DNA of 33,676 nucleotides from a virus (Duplodnaviria > Caudoviricetes): positions 1 through 33,676 of IMG/VR virus record IMGVR_UViG_3300021446_000034; one strand, 5' to 3'. Within the stretch, counting starts at the first letter, position 1, and every line of letters begins with the position of its first letter. Shown here piece after piece: positions 1 to 9,246 of this stretch. The position numbers were made by a program, and so were the translations under genes. The notes below the pieces were generated by a model. That model was not told the DNA's origin. It did not search any database and saw only the letters and a program-made list of their open reading frames with translations.

Positions 1-154
1 GGAGGTTACAGCCACTCGTCCGGATGAAGACGGATGGTACACCAGCGAGTTTGCCTTCGCCCTGCAACGAATAGAACAACTCGTTGATTGGGAGGTCTTC
101 TTCTGAGACATTCTGCGATTTCTCTGCAACGTCAACCTCTGAACTGACGGGCAT
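1..154 (-). CDS. queE: 7-carboxy-7-deazaguanine synthase QueE (radical SAM), 5' part only; runs off the window edge
   Basis: Not in the ORF track. Hand translation from ATG 154 gives [51 protein letters not shown], with the QueE signature E.FYSLQGEG...G.P.VF.R.SGCNL leading into the CxxxCxxC motif. Confidence 0.92.
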   Translation of the reverse strand, partial: MPVSSEVDVAEKSQNVSEEDLPINELFYSLQGEGKLAGVPSVFIRTSGCNL

Positions 155-188
155 GGTTTATTGAGATGATTTACCGAGTTGCTCTGTA

Positions 189-1457
189 CTACCAATCCAG
201 AGCAGATCCGCCCATACTTTCCTCATTTTCTTCCCAATTACCACTCTTCCAGTCCTCATACTCGTCTTGAGAGAGATTCAATGCTTTCAGTGCCTTACCC
301 TCAGCTCTTGCACTCATTGCTACCTCCATCCGCTCGGATTGATCCAGAGCTTGAACCAGATCAAGGACTACCTTTTTAAAGTAGGTGAAATCGCCACCGA
401 TTCCCCAAGATCCTTCCTCAATGTTTGAAAGTGCCTTGTATAGTTCTGCCTCAGCACTTCCGTCTTCTACGTGTGTTTGTTTTCGTCGGAAATGAGATGG
501 ATACGATTTGTCAATGTAGTTGCCATAGGGTTCAGAAATACGACTCTCTCCCACCATTTCCAAAAGTGCAGTTGCATATTTCCAGTACCGATAATCGTTG
601 TCCGGACCAGCAAATCCCAAAAACTCATCAGCACTGGACATGATTTCGTATGCCACTGTTACCTCTACTCCCCGTAACTGTTTGTCCAGTTCGGAAAGGT
701 TGTTCCGCCAATTTTCATCCAACCAGTGAATGAACTCTTCCGGTTTGATTCCATTACCGATCTCCGCATTACCTTCTCCTTTCAGCTGTTGGTCAACAGC
801 GTCCCATTCACTCTGTTCCCACTCCCGTTGATCGAAGTCCACAGAGTCACTATCACGTTCCGAAAACCGTTGGAGATCGTTTATTGCTGATCGGAGGTCA
901 GGACGTTCCGACAATCGCTCCAAATCCCTTGGTGAGAGGTTTATGTCTTCCTTTTTCACTATCTCTTTTAGTTTTGCCTTTCGTGACCGTTTACCGAGTT
1001 TGAAGTCATGAGTGGTACAGGTTTGTTTGACCTTCCTCGGAACGCTGTACTTGTCATTCGCTGTTCCAATAACCGGACACTTGCCCATCTTTAGAGCCTT
1101 CACTAACGGTGTGAGGTTTGTCCGACCCGGTATGCTGTCGATTTCATCCAACAGAACCAACTGACGGTTTGCATATGGATTACTCGTGAGAGTTGATGCG
1201 AGTTCACGAATGTCTTCAGTTGTCCGTTTATCGCTTGCATTTACTTGGTTGAGTGTCCAACCCATCTTTTCTCGAACGACAAAGGCAGTTGTCGTTTTTC
1301 CCGTACCCGGAGAACCTATGAGTAATTGGGGTTTATCGCCCGGAGTCCAATGTTCAGCCCAATTTTCAATAGCACGAAGTGCAGTGTTATTACCTTGAAT
1401 TTCGTCAAACGATTTGGGACGGTACTTAGACACCCAGTGTTCGTCACCCATTGTCAT
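189..1457 (-). CDS. rfcL: Replication factor C large subunit (clamp loader)
   Basis: WVSKYRPKSFDEIQGN box, Walker A GSPGTGKTT, NASDKRT, Walker B LLDEID, DLRSAINDLQ and a large-subunit-type C-terminal region (YRYWKYA). Confidence 0.9.
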   Translation of the reverse strand: MTMGDEHWVSKYRPKSFDEIQGNNTALRAIENWAEHWTPGDKPQLLIGSPGTGKTTTAFVVREKMGWTLNQVNASDKRTTEDIRELASTLTSNPYANRQLVLLDEIDSIPGRTNLTPLVKALKMGKCPVIGTANDKYSVPRKVKQTCTTHDFKLGKRSRKAKLKEIVKKEDINLSPRDLERLSERPDLRSAINDLQRFSERDSDSVDFDQREWEQSEWDAVDQQLKGEGNAEIGNGIKPEEFIHWLDENWRNNLSELDKQLRGVEVTVAYEIMSSADEFLGFAGPDNDYRYWKYATALLEMVGESRISEPYGNYIDKSYPSHFRRKQTHVEDGSAEAELYKALSNIEEGSWGIGGDFTYFKKVVLDLVQALDQSERMEVAMSARAEGKALKALNLSQDEYEDWKSGNWEENEESMGGSALDW

Positions 1458-1851
1458 TCGCTTCCTCTAAATCTTTGATTATTTGTTCTACATCCACGTC
1501 AAATGCAGATTCATCAATTCTCTCCATCACAAACTGTGTATATTTGCCTCTTTTCTCTCCGCTATACTCCGCTTGGATATTTTGTTGTCCCTCAAGCACA
1601 CCCTCAATGGCGTCTAAACGGATTTCTATTTCCTCTAACTGCTCGTCAGTCTGGATGTTTATCAACCTTCTACGGATTTCGTCTGCATAAGTCTCTACTT
1701 CCTTTTTGGCTGCTTCGGGATGGACGTTCGTCTTTTTCATTTCTTTTATTACTTTTTCCTCAACCACTTGCTCCAAATGAGAACTTGAGATAGAATCTTC
1801 GGTAACATACTCCGCTAACTCCTCTACTACATCTGCATCAGAACATGACAT
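1444..1851 (-). CDS. Hypothetical acidic protein carrying the shared NVxTDEE module
   Basis: 135 aa acidic ORF overlapping the rfcL start; contains LINIQTDEQLEEIEIRLDAI. Confidence 0.75.
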   Translation of the reverse strand: MSCSDADVVEELAEYVTEDSISSSHLEQVVEEKVIKEMKKTNVHPEAAKKEVETYADEIRRRLINIQTDEQLEEIEIRLDAIEGVLEGQQNIQAEYSGEKRGKYTQFVMERIDESAFDVDVEQIIKDLEEANDNG

Positions 1852-1883
1852 AAGTAGATGTTGTTATTGGGTAAGCATTCGTA

Positions 1884-2345
1884 CTACCAAGTTATAGCGG
1901 AACTGCTTTCTGCCGCATACATATTGGTTATTGCGTCTTCCAAACGCAACATCTGATCTATATTTCCACCCGTCTTGGCGAACGGACGAGCTATTCTATA
2001 GTCCGACAAATGATTTTCCAGCGGATCTGTGTAATCTCTCCCCGCCAAGAACACAAGACTCTCCGTTTGTCTTCCCCTTATTGAAGAAACAACATCGTCA
2101 GTCCACCTCTTCATCTGTTGGTTGTGATAATTCGTAATTGCGACATCGTAATATTCTATCTTCTCATCGGGTTCTACAACACCATGTTTTGCACTAAGGA
2201 TGCACCACTCATCGGCTATTTTTCGCGCAAAATTTTTCTTTAAAGTGAAATAGTCCGAAGTATAACGGTCTTTGGCCTTTATCTTCTTGTACCGTTGTTC
2301 CCTCTTCTCGCTACCACACCCAACAAGTGCAAGAGTCATCACCAA
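1884..2345 (-). CDS. DUF6884-like protein (neighbour of the TGT/DpdA-like gene)
   Basis: Pattern ALVGCGSEK...AKDRYTSDYF...WCILSAKHGVVEPDEKIEYYD...FLAGRDY is typical of this family. The true start may be the ATG two codons downstream. Confidence 0.7.
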   Translation of the reverse strand: MVMTLALVGCGSEKREQRYKKIKAKDRYTSDYFTLKKNFARKIADEWCILSAKHGVVEPDEKIEYYDVAITNYHNQQMKRWTDDVVSSIRGRQTESLVFLAGRDYTDPLENHLSDYRIARPFAKTGGNIDQMLRLEDAITNMYAAESSSAITW

Positions 2346-3109
2346 CTCATACCCCCGTTTTCCGATATTGGTTCGTAATCGTAATTCGGAGACAACACGA
2401 AGTTCGCTACCATCAACATGAGTAACGCCCCATGACTCCTTACCGCAGACGATTTTTGTCCATTTGGTACGTCAAATTCAAATTGACTTAGACTCTCATC
2501 ATATATACTGTTATTCTTGATAGCCACTGATGGAGTAGAAGAGTCTATGCTATCAAGAAGATTGGGGGTTCTTTGAACAGCATCTACAAGGTCCTCAGTC
2601 ACACCAACACCGAATCCATGCAACATCTTAGATGGTCCTACTGTTTCTCTTGTTGCCTTTACTGCCTCTATCTTTTTTTTGTTATCCCAGTCTTTCACAC
2701 CACCAACAGCATAGTACGAATAGCCTTTGAGATCTTCGTAGTGTTCGTCATGAGGAGGCTGGAGGGGGATAATCGGCTTTGCATAACAATCTGATTCCTT
2801 ATATAAAGAAAAGAACTCCTCTACTGATTCAGTAGTCCGATCTCGGTCATGCATATAATCTTTAGGAACCACATAGGATGCCCGCATTTCTTCAGCCTTC
2901 TCTATGATTTCAGCATTGGTGATGTCTTTGCCAATTCCTGAATCAAGAATGTATTGAAAACACGTTTCACGAGAACGCCCCTCAGCCGCACCCGGACTCT
3001 GAAGTTTATAGGGATACCAAAATTGCTCTATTCCGCCCGACGCAGCACTATACACATCTACATACGACTCGCTGATGACACTCAACCGGTTTTCAAACTC
3101 TTTGAGCAT
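2339..3109 (-). CDS. TGT-fold transglycosylase, probable DpdA-like DNA 7-deazaguanine inserting enzyme
   Basis: TGT-like motifs in order: ILDSG, VPKDY, IPLQ, AVGG, LHGFG, DSIDSST. It is short (256 aa) with no recognisable Zn-binding C-terminus, and queE lies about 2 kb away. Confidence 0.7.
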   Translation of the reverse strand: MLKEFENRLSVISESYVDVYSAASGGIEQFWYPYKLQSPGAAEGRSRETCFQYILDSGIGKDITNAEIIEKAEEMRASYVVPKDYMHDRDRTTESVEEFFSLYKESDCYAKPIIPLQPPHDEHYEDLKGYSYYAVGGVKDWDNKKKIEAVKATRETVGPSKMLHGFGVGVTEDLVDAVQRTPNLLDSIDSSTPSVAIKNNSIYDESLSQFEFDVPNGQKSSAVRSHGALLMLMVANFVLSPNYDYEPISENGGMSW

Positions 3110-3114
3110 ACTAC

Positions 3115-3390
3115 TTACAAATCTTCAGGCCATTCAAGATAGTTAACCGAACACACGTTCTCAATTCGGATGTTTTTGATAACGGGAACGTTTTCTTTGG
3201 TGAGAGCGAGTCGCAAACACTCCATACCCCCAAGAAAATCGTCTTCCACCATCTCCATTACTCCTACAAGAGACATCGTTTTGTTTCTCTGTTCGTAAAA
3301 CACCTTTGCGTAACGGAGACTGCGATCATCAACCATTTCCTCGTACTTGTTCCATACACCAATCCATTCCTCATGGTCTCTTTCAGTCAT
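3115..3390 (-). CDS. Hypothetical protein
   Basis: 91 aa ORF tightly packed in the minus-strand gene run. Confidence 0.6.
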   Translation of the reverse strand: MTERDHEEWIGVWNKYEEMVDDRSLRYAKVFYEQRNKTMSLVGVMEMVEDDFLGGMECLRLALTKENVPVIKNIRIENVCSVNYLEWPEDL

Positions 3391-3616
3391 TTGGAGTCTC
3401 TTTCGGTTTGGTTTTTGCCTCTAACCACTCCTCATCTGCTCTCTTTTCCCATTCTTCATCCACAAACGTAGCAGAGCAGATATGACACGCTTCATAACGC
3501 GGATTTTTGTCCATTTCTATTCGCGTCTCACAACGCGGACACTGTACTGTCTTATCAAACTCAGACACCAACACTCTCTCAGTTGCGTCAAGAACGTGTT
3601 CTCTCTGTTCTTCCAT
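3383..3616 (-). CDS. Small zinc-ribbon protein
   Basis: CPRC...CHIC. Confidence 0.7.
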   Translation of the reverse strand: MEEQREHVLDATERVLVSEFDKTVQCPRCETRIEMDKNPRYEACHICSATFVDEEWEKRADEEWLEAKTKPKETPND

Positions 3617-3617
3617 C

Positions 3618-3959
3618 CTAGATCATATCATTAATATCGTCAATCTCTTCTTCCAACTCTTCTATATCTTCTTCTGTCATGACATTCTTCAATTCCTCTT
3701 TTAGAGACAGTATCCGATTGCAGACATCCTGCATGGTTGGTTCGGAGTCCGGTAGGCTCTCATTTCCATTCCAAAACGTCATTAGAACAACTCCACATTC
3801 GGGACACCTCATCTGACACCGTTCCTCTCCCGTTGTGAGGTACTGAGCCTGTTCCAATTCCACCGACTCAACGCTTTTTTCGTCTTCACAAGACCTACAT
3901 TTGATTGATGTCTGGGGATCAGCAGAGGGGTAGTCAACATTGAAACCCATTGTCACCAA
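3618..3959 (-). CDS. Zinc-ribbon protein with C-terminal NVxTDEE module
   Basis: CRSC...CPECG, then LKNVMTEEDIEELEEEIDDI. The likely start is the ATG of MGFNVD. Confidence 0.75.
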   Translation of the reverse strand: MVTMGFNVDYPSADPQTSIKCRSCEDEKSVESVELEQAQYLTTGEERCQMRCPECGVVLMTFWNGNESLPDSEPTMQDVCNRILSLKEELKNVMTEEDIEELEEEIDDINDMI

Positions 3960-4156
3960 CTATCCGCCTCACTCTCTTCTATCTCTACTGTTCTCACATC
4001 TACTTTTTTCATCTCCATTGTGAACGTGGTTGAGCAGTTGTCGCATACGACTGATGCGTGTCTGTCACCCACTTTACGCAGTCGTATGTTTTTGAGGGAA
4101 GGAGTAGAACGTTCTCTCAGCGCCTTGTTCCCACACTCCGGACATTCCTGTTCCAT
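3953..4156 (-). CDS. Small CPxCG zinc-ribbon protein
   Basis: CPECG...CDNC. Confidence 0.7.
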   Translation of the reverse strand: MEQECPECGNKALRERSTPSLKNIRLRKVGDRHASVVCDNCSTTFTMEMKKVDVRTVEIEESEADSW

Positions 4157-4161
4157 ACTGA

Positions 4162-5667
4162 TTAATCGCTGAATGGGTCCGATGGTCCACTACTTCCGTC
4201 CGATGAGAAGGGGTCACTTCCATCATCAGTTGACTCAAACGCAGAACTACTCCTCTTTCCCGTTCGCAGCTCACCAAAGGAGTAATTCACGAGGTCCAAA
4301 ATCGGTTCCATCGGATCTTTCATGTGTTTCTCTATGTGCTTCTGATAGTCAATTTCAAAACCATCAGGAACCCCATCCTCGCTCCACTCTACTGCTATTT
4401 CCTCCGTATTTGGGACATCCGGTGGACTGTCTTTGATGAAAACGACGAAAGGATTGTCTCCATCACCCCAGTCGTATCCAAGATACTCATTTGAATACAT
4501 ACAGGCCCTCGGAACAGGACGATTAGGGTAATCATGTGGGTCCTTGTTGAGAACTCCCGGTATTGCCATCTCCTGAATGGGTCTTTCATCCTCAACAACT
4601 CCATTAACGAACTGATCGGTGTACTCGCTGATTTCCTCAAACCCACTACCGGACAGTATGTGCTGAATAACTCCCTCCTGAAAATCACTCGTTATTTCCG
4701 GAGAAGAGGACCGGACAGCCTCATATCCGACAATATCTGTATCATCCACATAACTACCTTCTTTCCAGATGATGTTTCCTGCATATCGCTTCTTGCTTCC
4801 GCTCTGCAAAAACCTCCGATATAGCTTCTCACTTTCCCACAAGAAACATTGACGATCCGTACCGTGGAGCTTTCTGTCTTTCAAATACGGATGTTCGCCG
4901 GGAACACCAATCGCATCAGCAACTTTATCCATCTCTTGGTTGATGGACTCTTCCAGATCTTCTCCCATCGCAACAACCTCCTCCGCACTAAGATCCTCAC
5001 CACCTGAACCCAACTGAATGAAAGCTGAGTCCGTATCCGAATAAATCACCTCATGTCCTAACCGCCGAGCTACCTCCATTCCTTTCCAAGCGACATACCT
5101 TGAAAGAGCAGTAATAGCATCTCCAAATGCGTCCGTCGAGAGTCGAAAATACTGGTTATTAGCACACCCAAAGTGAGAGTTCATAAGAACCTTTACACTT
5201 CTTTGTTGGTTATCGTAGGTGTCGTATTCTGGTTGGTCCGGCGAAAACTGGTTTCGCTTGCGTTTGTAGTAACTCCGATCCTCAAACAAATCTCCAAGGT
5301 ACTTTGGGACAATTCCTTCAGTAGAAAGGTCTACACCGATTGCTTCAGGCAAACTCCAAGTGAGGTCTTCCTCAGTGATTTTGCTACCGGATGCGTGTTT
5401 ATCATTAAGAGGAATGTCAGGAATGATGATGTCCACCCTTTCTGGATCATCAGTAAGCGTTTCCTCGGAGATATTGCCCGTCAACATCGCGGATGGATAC
5501 AGAGATTTTAGGTCAAAAACACAAACCCAGTCTTTGATACCCGAAGACGGATAAAAGACCATTCCACCCGTTGCCGGTTCCATTTCTTCTTCTGTGGTGG
5601 TCGGAAGGATCTCCTCAAACGACCTCTTGTTCAACAAGTACCCCTCCACCATTTGCATCTCGGACAT
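4162..5667 (-). CDS. polB: Family B DNA polymerase, polymerase (C-terminal) half
   Basis: Motif A DLKSLYPSAM, motif B KVLMNSHFG, motif C YSDTDS, KKRYAG, GYEAVRS. Confidence 0.93.
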   Translation of the reverse strand: MSEMQMVEGYLLNKRSFEEILPTTTEEEMEPATGGMVFYPSSGIKDWVCVFDLKSLYPSAMLTGNISEETLTDDPERVDIIIPDIPLNDKHASGSKITEEDLTWSLPEAIGVDLSTEGIVPKYLGDLFEDRSYYKRKRNQFSPDQPEYDTYDNQQRSVKVLMNSHFGCANNQYFRLSTDAFGDAITALSRYVAWKGMEVARRLGHEVIYSDTDSAFIQLGSGGEDLSAEEVVAMGEDLEESINQEMDKVADAIGVPGEHPYLKDRKLHGTDRQCFLWESEKLYRRFLQSGSKKRYAGNIIWKEGSYVDDTDIVGYEAVRSSSPEITSDFQEGVIQHILSGSGFEEISEYTDQFVNGVVEDERPIQEMAIPGVLNKDPHDYPNRPVPRACMYSNEYLGYDWGDGDNPFVVFIKDSPPDVPNTEEIAVEWSEDGVPDGFEIDYQKHIEKHMKDPMEPILDLVNYSFGELRTGKRSSSAFESTDDGSDPFSSDGSSGPSDPFSD

Positions 5668-5668
5668 A

Positions 5669-6844
5669 CTACTGAGTATCCGTTATTTTCACACCGCACA
5701 AATCCGCAAGACTATAGAAAAACTCGTGAATGCCGTGTTTTTTGTCCAGTCCAGTAAGGAGCTGAACGTCTACTAGATTGTAGGCCATCAATTTTGACCG
5801 TTCTTCTTCGTACTGGTCCATGATAGATCCTCCCTCAACCTTTGACGAATCAAGTTCCTCACTGCTCACATAATCAAGAGACTTTGACCGCCATTCTCCA
5901 TACGACATTCGGTTAGTGAACGCATCCATCATGTCAAACGACGGAAGACCCGGTACTGCGTCTTCATCTCTCCAAGGCTTTACCATACCCAACTGCGACA
6001 AGTCACTAGAAGAAACCGTAAACACCGCCTTTTTTCTATTCATTCGATTTATGAGATACGGCCAGTCGAAGTCGGTAAAGTTCCAGCCAGATGCAATGTC
6101 CGGACGTTTGTTCTTTACTTCATTAATAAAAGCGCCAAAGAGTTCGGATTCGGACTCACACTGTCGCAAACGAATGTCACACTGAGTATAAAACTTCTCA
6201 TCGTCATGACCCCCCCAGTGGTTTTCTAAATGCTCACGGACCTCTTTTGGGTCAATCTGTTCCTCCTCGTCCAACGCAATACAGAGATACTGATTCTGGA
6301 ACGAGTCGTATGTGGTAATCATCAATACTTTACCCGGAGATTTTTCGACATAATCATCCCAGTTATCAGTGTTCTCTGGAGGCTCCGTTTCAATATCACA
6401 AAGCATGATCCTTGGTACGATCCCATCCCCATCCAGATCGTCCAAATCGGTTTCTACCTCCTCAATATCGCACCTACTCTTCAACTCGGGAATCTTCACA
6501 TACCCACTTAGTCCATAATCCACCGAAACGCGACGCTCATACGGAACATCTGCCTCATATGTGGCGTTGAAAGAATCCCGTATATCACCTACATCTCCCG
6601 GAACACGAGTCACTACTTTACGGAGTGGTTGTCCGTCGTATCCCTCATACTCCTCCTCAACGTACTCCACTTCGTTACAAGAGGGAACAGTTGCAGATTC
6701 AGGAACGAAGAAATACGGCTCCGTTCCCGTCACATGAACGTTGTACCTACCCCCATCCAATCCACGAGCGGTCAACTGGACAATGGGAGAAGTCTCTTTC
6801 GTCATGTAGTTTATATCCGTAACTCGCGCTGTTATTTTCTGCAT
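5669..6844 (-). CDS. polB: Family B DNA polymerase, N-terminal and 3'-5' exonuclease half
   Basis: YEADVPY, ExoI DIETE, ExoII GWNFTDFDWPYL, SLDYV, ExoIII YNLVDV. It stops 1 nt before the ATG of the polymerase half. Confidence 0.9.
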   Translation of the reverse strand: MQKITARVTDINYMTKETSPIVQLTARGLDGGRYNVHVTGTEPYFFVPESATVPSCNEVEYVEEEYEGYDGQPLRKVVTRVPGDVGDIRDSFNATYEADVPYERRVSVDYGLSGYVKIPELKSRCDIEEVETDLDDLDGDGIVPRIMLCDIETEPPENTDNWDDYVEKSPGKVLMITTYDSFQNQYLCIALDEEEQIDPKEVREHLENHWGGHDDEKFYTQCDIRLRQCESESELFGAFINEVKNKRPDIASGWNFTDFDWPYLINRMNRKKAVFTVSSSDLSQLGMVKPWRDEDAVPGLPSFDMMDAFTNRMSYGEWRSKSLDYVSSEELDSSKVEGGSIMDQYEEERSKLMAYNLVDVQLLTGLDKKHGIHEFFYSLADLCGVKITDTQ

Positions 6845-6901
6845 GAAAGTGAATTAGTGATTTGCTTTCTAAAGTCGCAGTCTGCGTTCTGAGCGGTTCT
6901 G

Positions 6902-6933
6902 TTCAAATATGATGTTGAGGTACTTGTCTTCAA
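6902..6933 (-). promoter_or_regulatory. Bipartite motif copy 1 (TTGAAGACAAGTAC-N12-TTTGAA) upstream of polB
   Basis: Same TAC-N12-TTTGAA spacing as the copies at 18798-18829 and 29235-29266. Confidence 0.45.
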
Positions 6934-6975
6934 TTCAAACAGCATGAGCGGTCGTTCACAGACGATATGAACGTA

Positions 6976-7455
6976 CTAAGAATTATCCTCGTCATCGCTT
7001 TCGTCTGATGCGCTCTGTTCTTTTATCTTATCCATAGTCCAAGTTCCTTCCGTCTTATTTATGCTCAAGCTTCTTGTCTTTCCGATGAAAGTCTCATCAT
7101 TGTCTCCCGTGTCTTTTTTATCGCCTCCAGTGCCCCACCTAGGCCCAGAAATATCAGAAGTATCAAATCTTATATCTTTATTTCCCCACTCAGAATCCTC
7201 CCAATCAATGTCCTCAATACTATCTATCTCCGGGGTCTTCAATTGCTCTTCAAGAGCGTCAAGAAGATCTTCAATCTCATCCAACTCCTCATCGGACATC
7301 ACGTTCTTCAGTTTGGTACGGAGTTGGTTTATTTTCTCTACCTCGGAATTGCCCGAGTCCATCATCATATGCGTCTCAGCTAGCTCGCTCGGAGAAGACG
7401 AGTAATGTTCTGTTTTCTTACCGTCATGAGGATCGCTCGTGATATTAAGACTCAT
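6976..7455 (-). CDS. Hypothetical acidic protein with NVxTDEE module
   Basis: LKNVMSDEELDEIEDLLDAL. Confidence 0.75.
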   Translation of the reverse strand: MSLNITSDPHDGKKTEHYSSSPSELAETHMMMDSGNSEVEKINQLRTKLKNVMSDEELDEIEDLLDALEEQLKTPEIDSIEDIDWEDSEWGNKDIRFDTSDISGPRWGTGGDKKDTGDNDETFIGKTRSLSINKTEGTWTMDKIKEQSASDESDDEDNS

Positions 7456-8023
7456 CTTTTATCTCTTTGCGGATCTTTTCAACCGATTTAACTCTACTTT
7501 TGTCTGGCCTTGCCCACTGTGTAGAAAGATTCGTGGTTTTAACACGCTGAGACGGAATGTGATGGTTTACGGAACTTGTAGTAGCTGCATTGTCGTCCAA
7601 ACCACGATGAAATTGAGTGTCGTCCAACTTTTTGGTCTTCATTGACTCCAATGCATCATTCACTTGCTTGACCTCTTCATCGGTCATCACGTTCTTAATG
7701 ATTGACTGAATATACTCAATCAATCTGTTTGTGTGAGGTTTACTTAGATACTTCTCCAATTCATCATAATCCATTTCGTCTTCGTCAACAGGATGGTGCG
7801 TATGTTGGTCTACCCTCTCACTCCGTATTTTATATCGCATCTCCTCTGCTTCTCTTTCTTTGAAAGCACCTTTGTCAAAATGTTGCTTTTGAAAAGCAGC
7901 GGTAGGAGGTAAATTCATCGCATTTCTACCACCATCGTCAGATTCGGTATCCTTTGTACTGTTCCGTTCATCGTTTCCTTCGGGAGGAAACATAGTATTC
8001 TTGACTGAGTTTATGAGATTCAT
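7445..8023 (-). CDS. Hypothetical protein with NVxTDEE module
   Basis: IKNVMTDEEVKQVNDALESM. Confidence 0.75.
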   Translation of the reverse strand: MNLINSVKNTMFPPEGNDERNSTKDTESDDGGRNAMNLPPTAAFQKQHFDKGAFKEREAEEMRYKIRSERVDQHTHHPVDEDEMDYDELEKYLSKPHTNRLIEYIQSIIKNVMTDEEVKQVNDALESMKTKKLDDTQFHRGLDDNAATTSSVNHHIPSQRVKTTNLSTQWARPDKSRVKSVEKIRKEIKDES

Positions 8024-8026
8024 CGT

Positions 8027-8812
8027 TCAAAACTTAATATAGTCTATACCACCCGCTCCGACTGGACTTGCATGACAGTGCGACTCGTAAGCGCACCAAA
8101 AACAATCTCCGTCTGCTGGATCAGGTGGGTACTCATCGTTCTTTTTTCCCTCTACTACATCTCTTGCATACCCCAACATTTCGTCCCAGATTTCATCACT
8201 CGTCTCTAACTTCCGTTGTTTTTCTTCTTTTAGATAGACAAAACGGATTCCTTCGGGCGGTTTCCCATACTCTTTCTCAAAGCACTTCATGTAAACAGCA
8301 CCCTGAATCTTCTCCTCAACAGGCGTATCGTCACGAATACGACCAGTTTTCCAGTCCCATATCTCACCCCCTGTCGCAACGTCCATGATACCCCTGAACC
8401 GAGAGTCAATGTCCGGACGAGACAAACCGAACTCACTGTCCACCTCTACACCCACGATCTCTGGTTCCATCGCAGAAAGGAAACGAGCTGCTACCTCTAA
8501 ATACTCGATTCCATCATCAAACATATCATCCGGTGGTTGCTCGTCTCCGTTTCTATACTCTCGTTTCAAGTCTCTCTCAAGCCTATCCTCATACAACGGT
8601 GAGTCGTCTTTCAGAACGCGCTCTATTGCCTCATGGACTGCTGAACCAAGAGACAAGTACCCCTTAGAAGCCTTTGTGGGAGTCTTATCGGATAAATAAC
8701 TGAAACGGTACTGTTCCGGACACGTTCGGTACTTCTTTATTGCACTTGCTGATAGAGGATAAGACCCATCATCTGCCAATGCCGGCTCGTTCCGCCACTC
8801 TCTGTCAGTCAA
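8027..8812 (-). CDS. Cas4-like/RecB-family PD-(D/E)XK exonuclease with Fe-S cysteines
   Basis: LSASAIKKYRTCP, GSAVHEAIE, RGIMDV, DWKTG, QGAVY, CFWCAYESHC. Confidence 0.88.
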   Translation of the reverse strand: MTDREWRNEPALADDGSYPLSASAIKKYRTCPEQYRFSYLSDKTPTKASKGYLSLGSAVHEAIERVLKDDSPLYEDRLERDLKREYRNGDEQPPDDMFDDGIEYLEVAARFLSAMEPEIVGVEVDSEFGLSRPDIDSRFRGIMDVATGGEIWDWKTGRIRDDTPVEEKIQGAVYMKCFEKEYGKPPEGIRFVYLKEEKQRKLETSDEIWDEMLGYARDVVEGKKNDEYPPDPADGDCFWCAYESHCHASPVGAGGIDYIKF

Positions 8813-9246
8813 CGTTCGTCCTCCGGCAATACTTCTATTGTGACCGTTTCACCCTCTTCATCAGTATCTTTTGGGATCGGAAAACCGGTTACTACGCCCC
8901 CCTGAAGAACGTTTTTCGATATTGACTTTTTGCCGCCCGGCCATTCGGATTCTATATCCAACCCAACATCACCCTCTACAAAATCCGTATCTTCATACAT
9001 TTCGTGGGTCAAACGAATGGAGTCTAGATGGTTCTGTATCTCTTTGACTTCCTTATCAGTCATGACATTAGCCAAATTGCCCTCTATGCTGTCTACTCTA
9101 TCAGTAACGGGCGGTTCTTGGGCCGACTCAACCAATTTAGAGATTTCTGCAAGGGAACTTTCTATTTTTGGAGGATCAGGAACAGAAATGTTTTTGAGTG
9201 AGTCCAAAGCCTTGGAAACGTCTTTGAATGACTCTTTAGTGCCCAT
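8809..9246 (-). CDS. Hypothetical protein with NVxTDEE module
   Basis: LANVMTDKEVKEIQNHLDSI. Confidence 0.75.
   Translation of the reverse strand: MGTKESFKDVSKALDSLKNISVPDPPKIESSLAEISKLVESAQEPPVTDRVDSIEGNLANVMTDKEVKEIQNHLDSIRLTHEMYEDTDFVEGDVGLDIESEWPGGKKSISKNVLQGGVVTGFPIPKDTDEEGETVTIEVLPEDER

Noticed and set aside
5655-5685. Bulge-helix-bulge intron at the polB junction
   Set aside because: The hairpin has one 2-nt bulge and a 4-nt loop, not two 3-nt bulges around a 4-bp helix.
8027-8812. CRISPR-Cas locus because of the Cas4-like gene
   Set aside because: There are no other cas genes and no canonical array; stand-alone Cas4-like nucleases are common in archaeal viruses.
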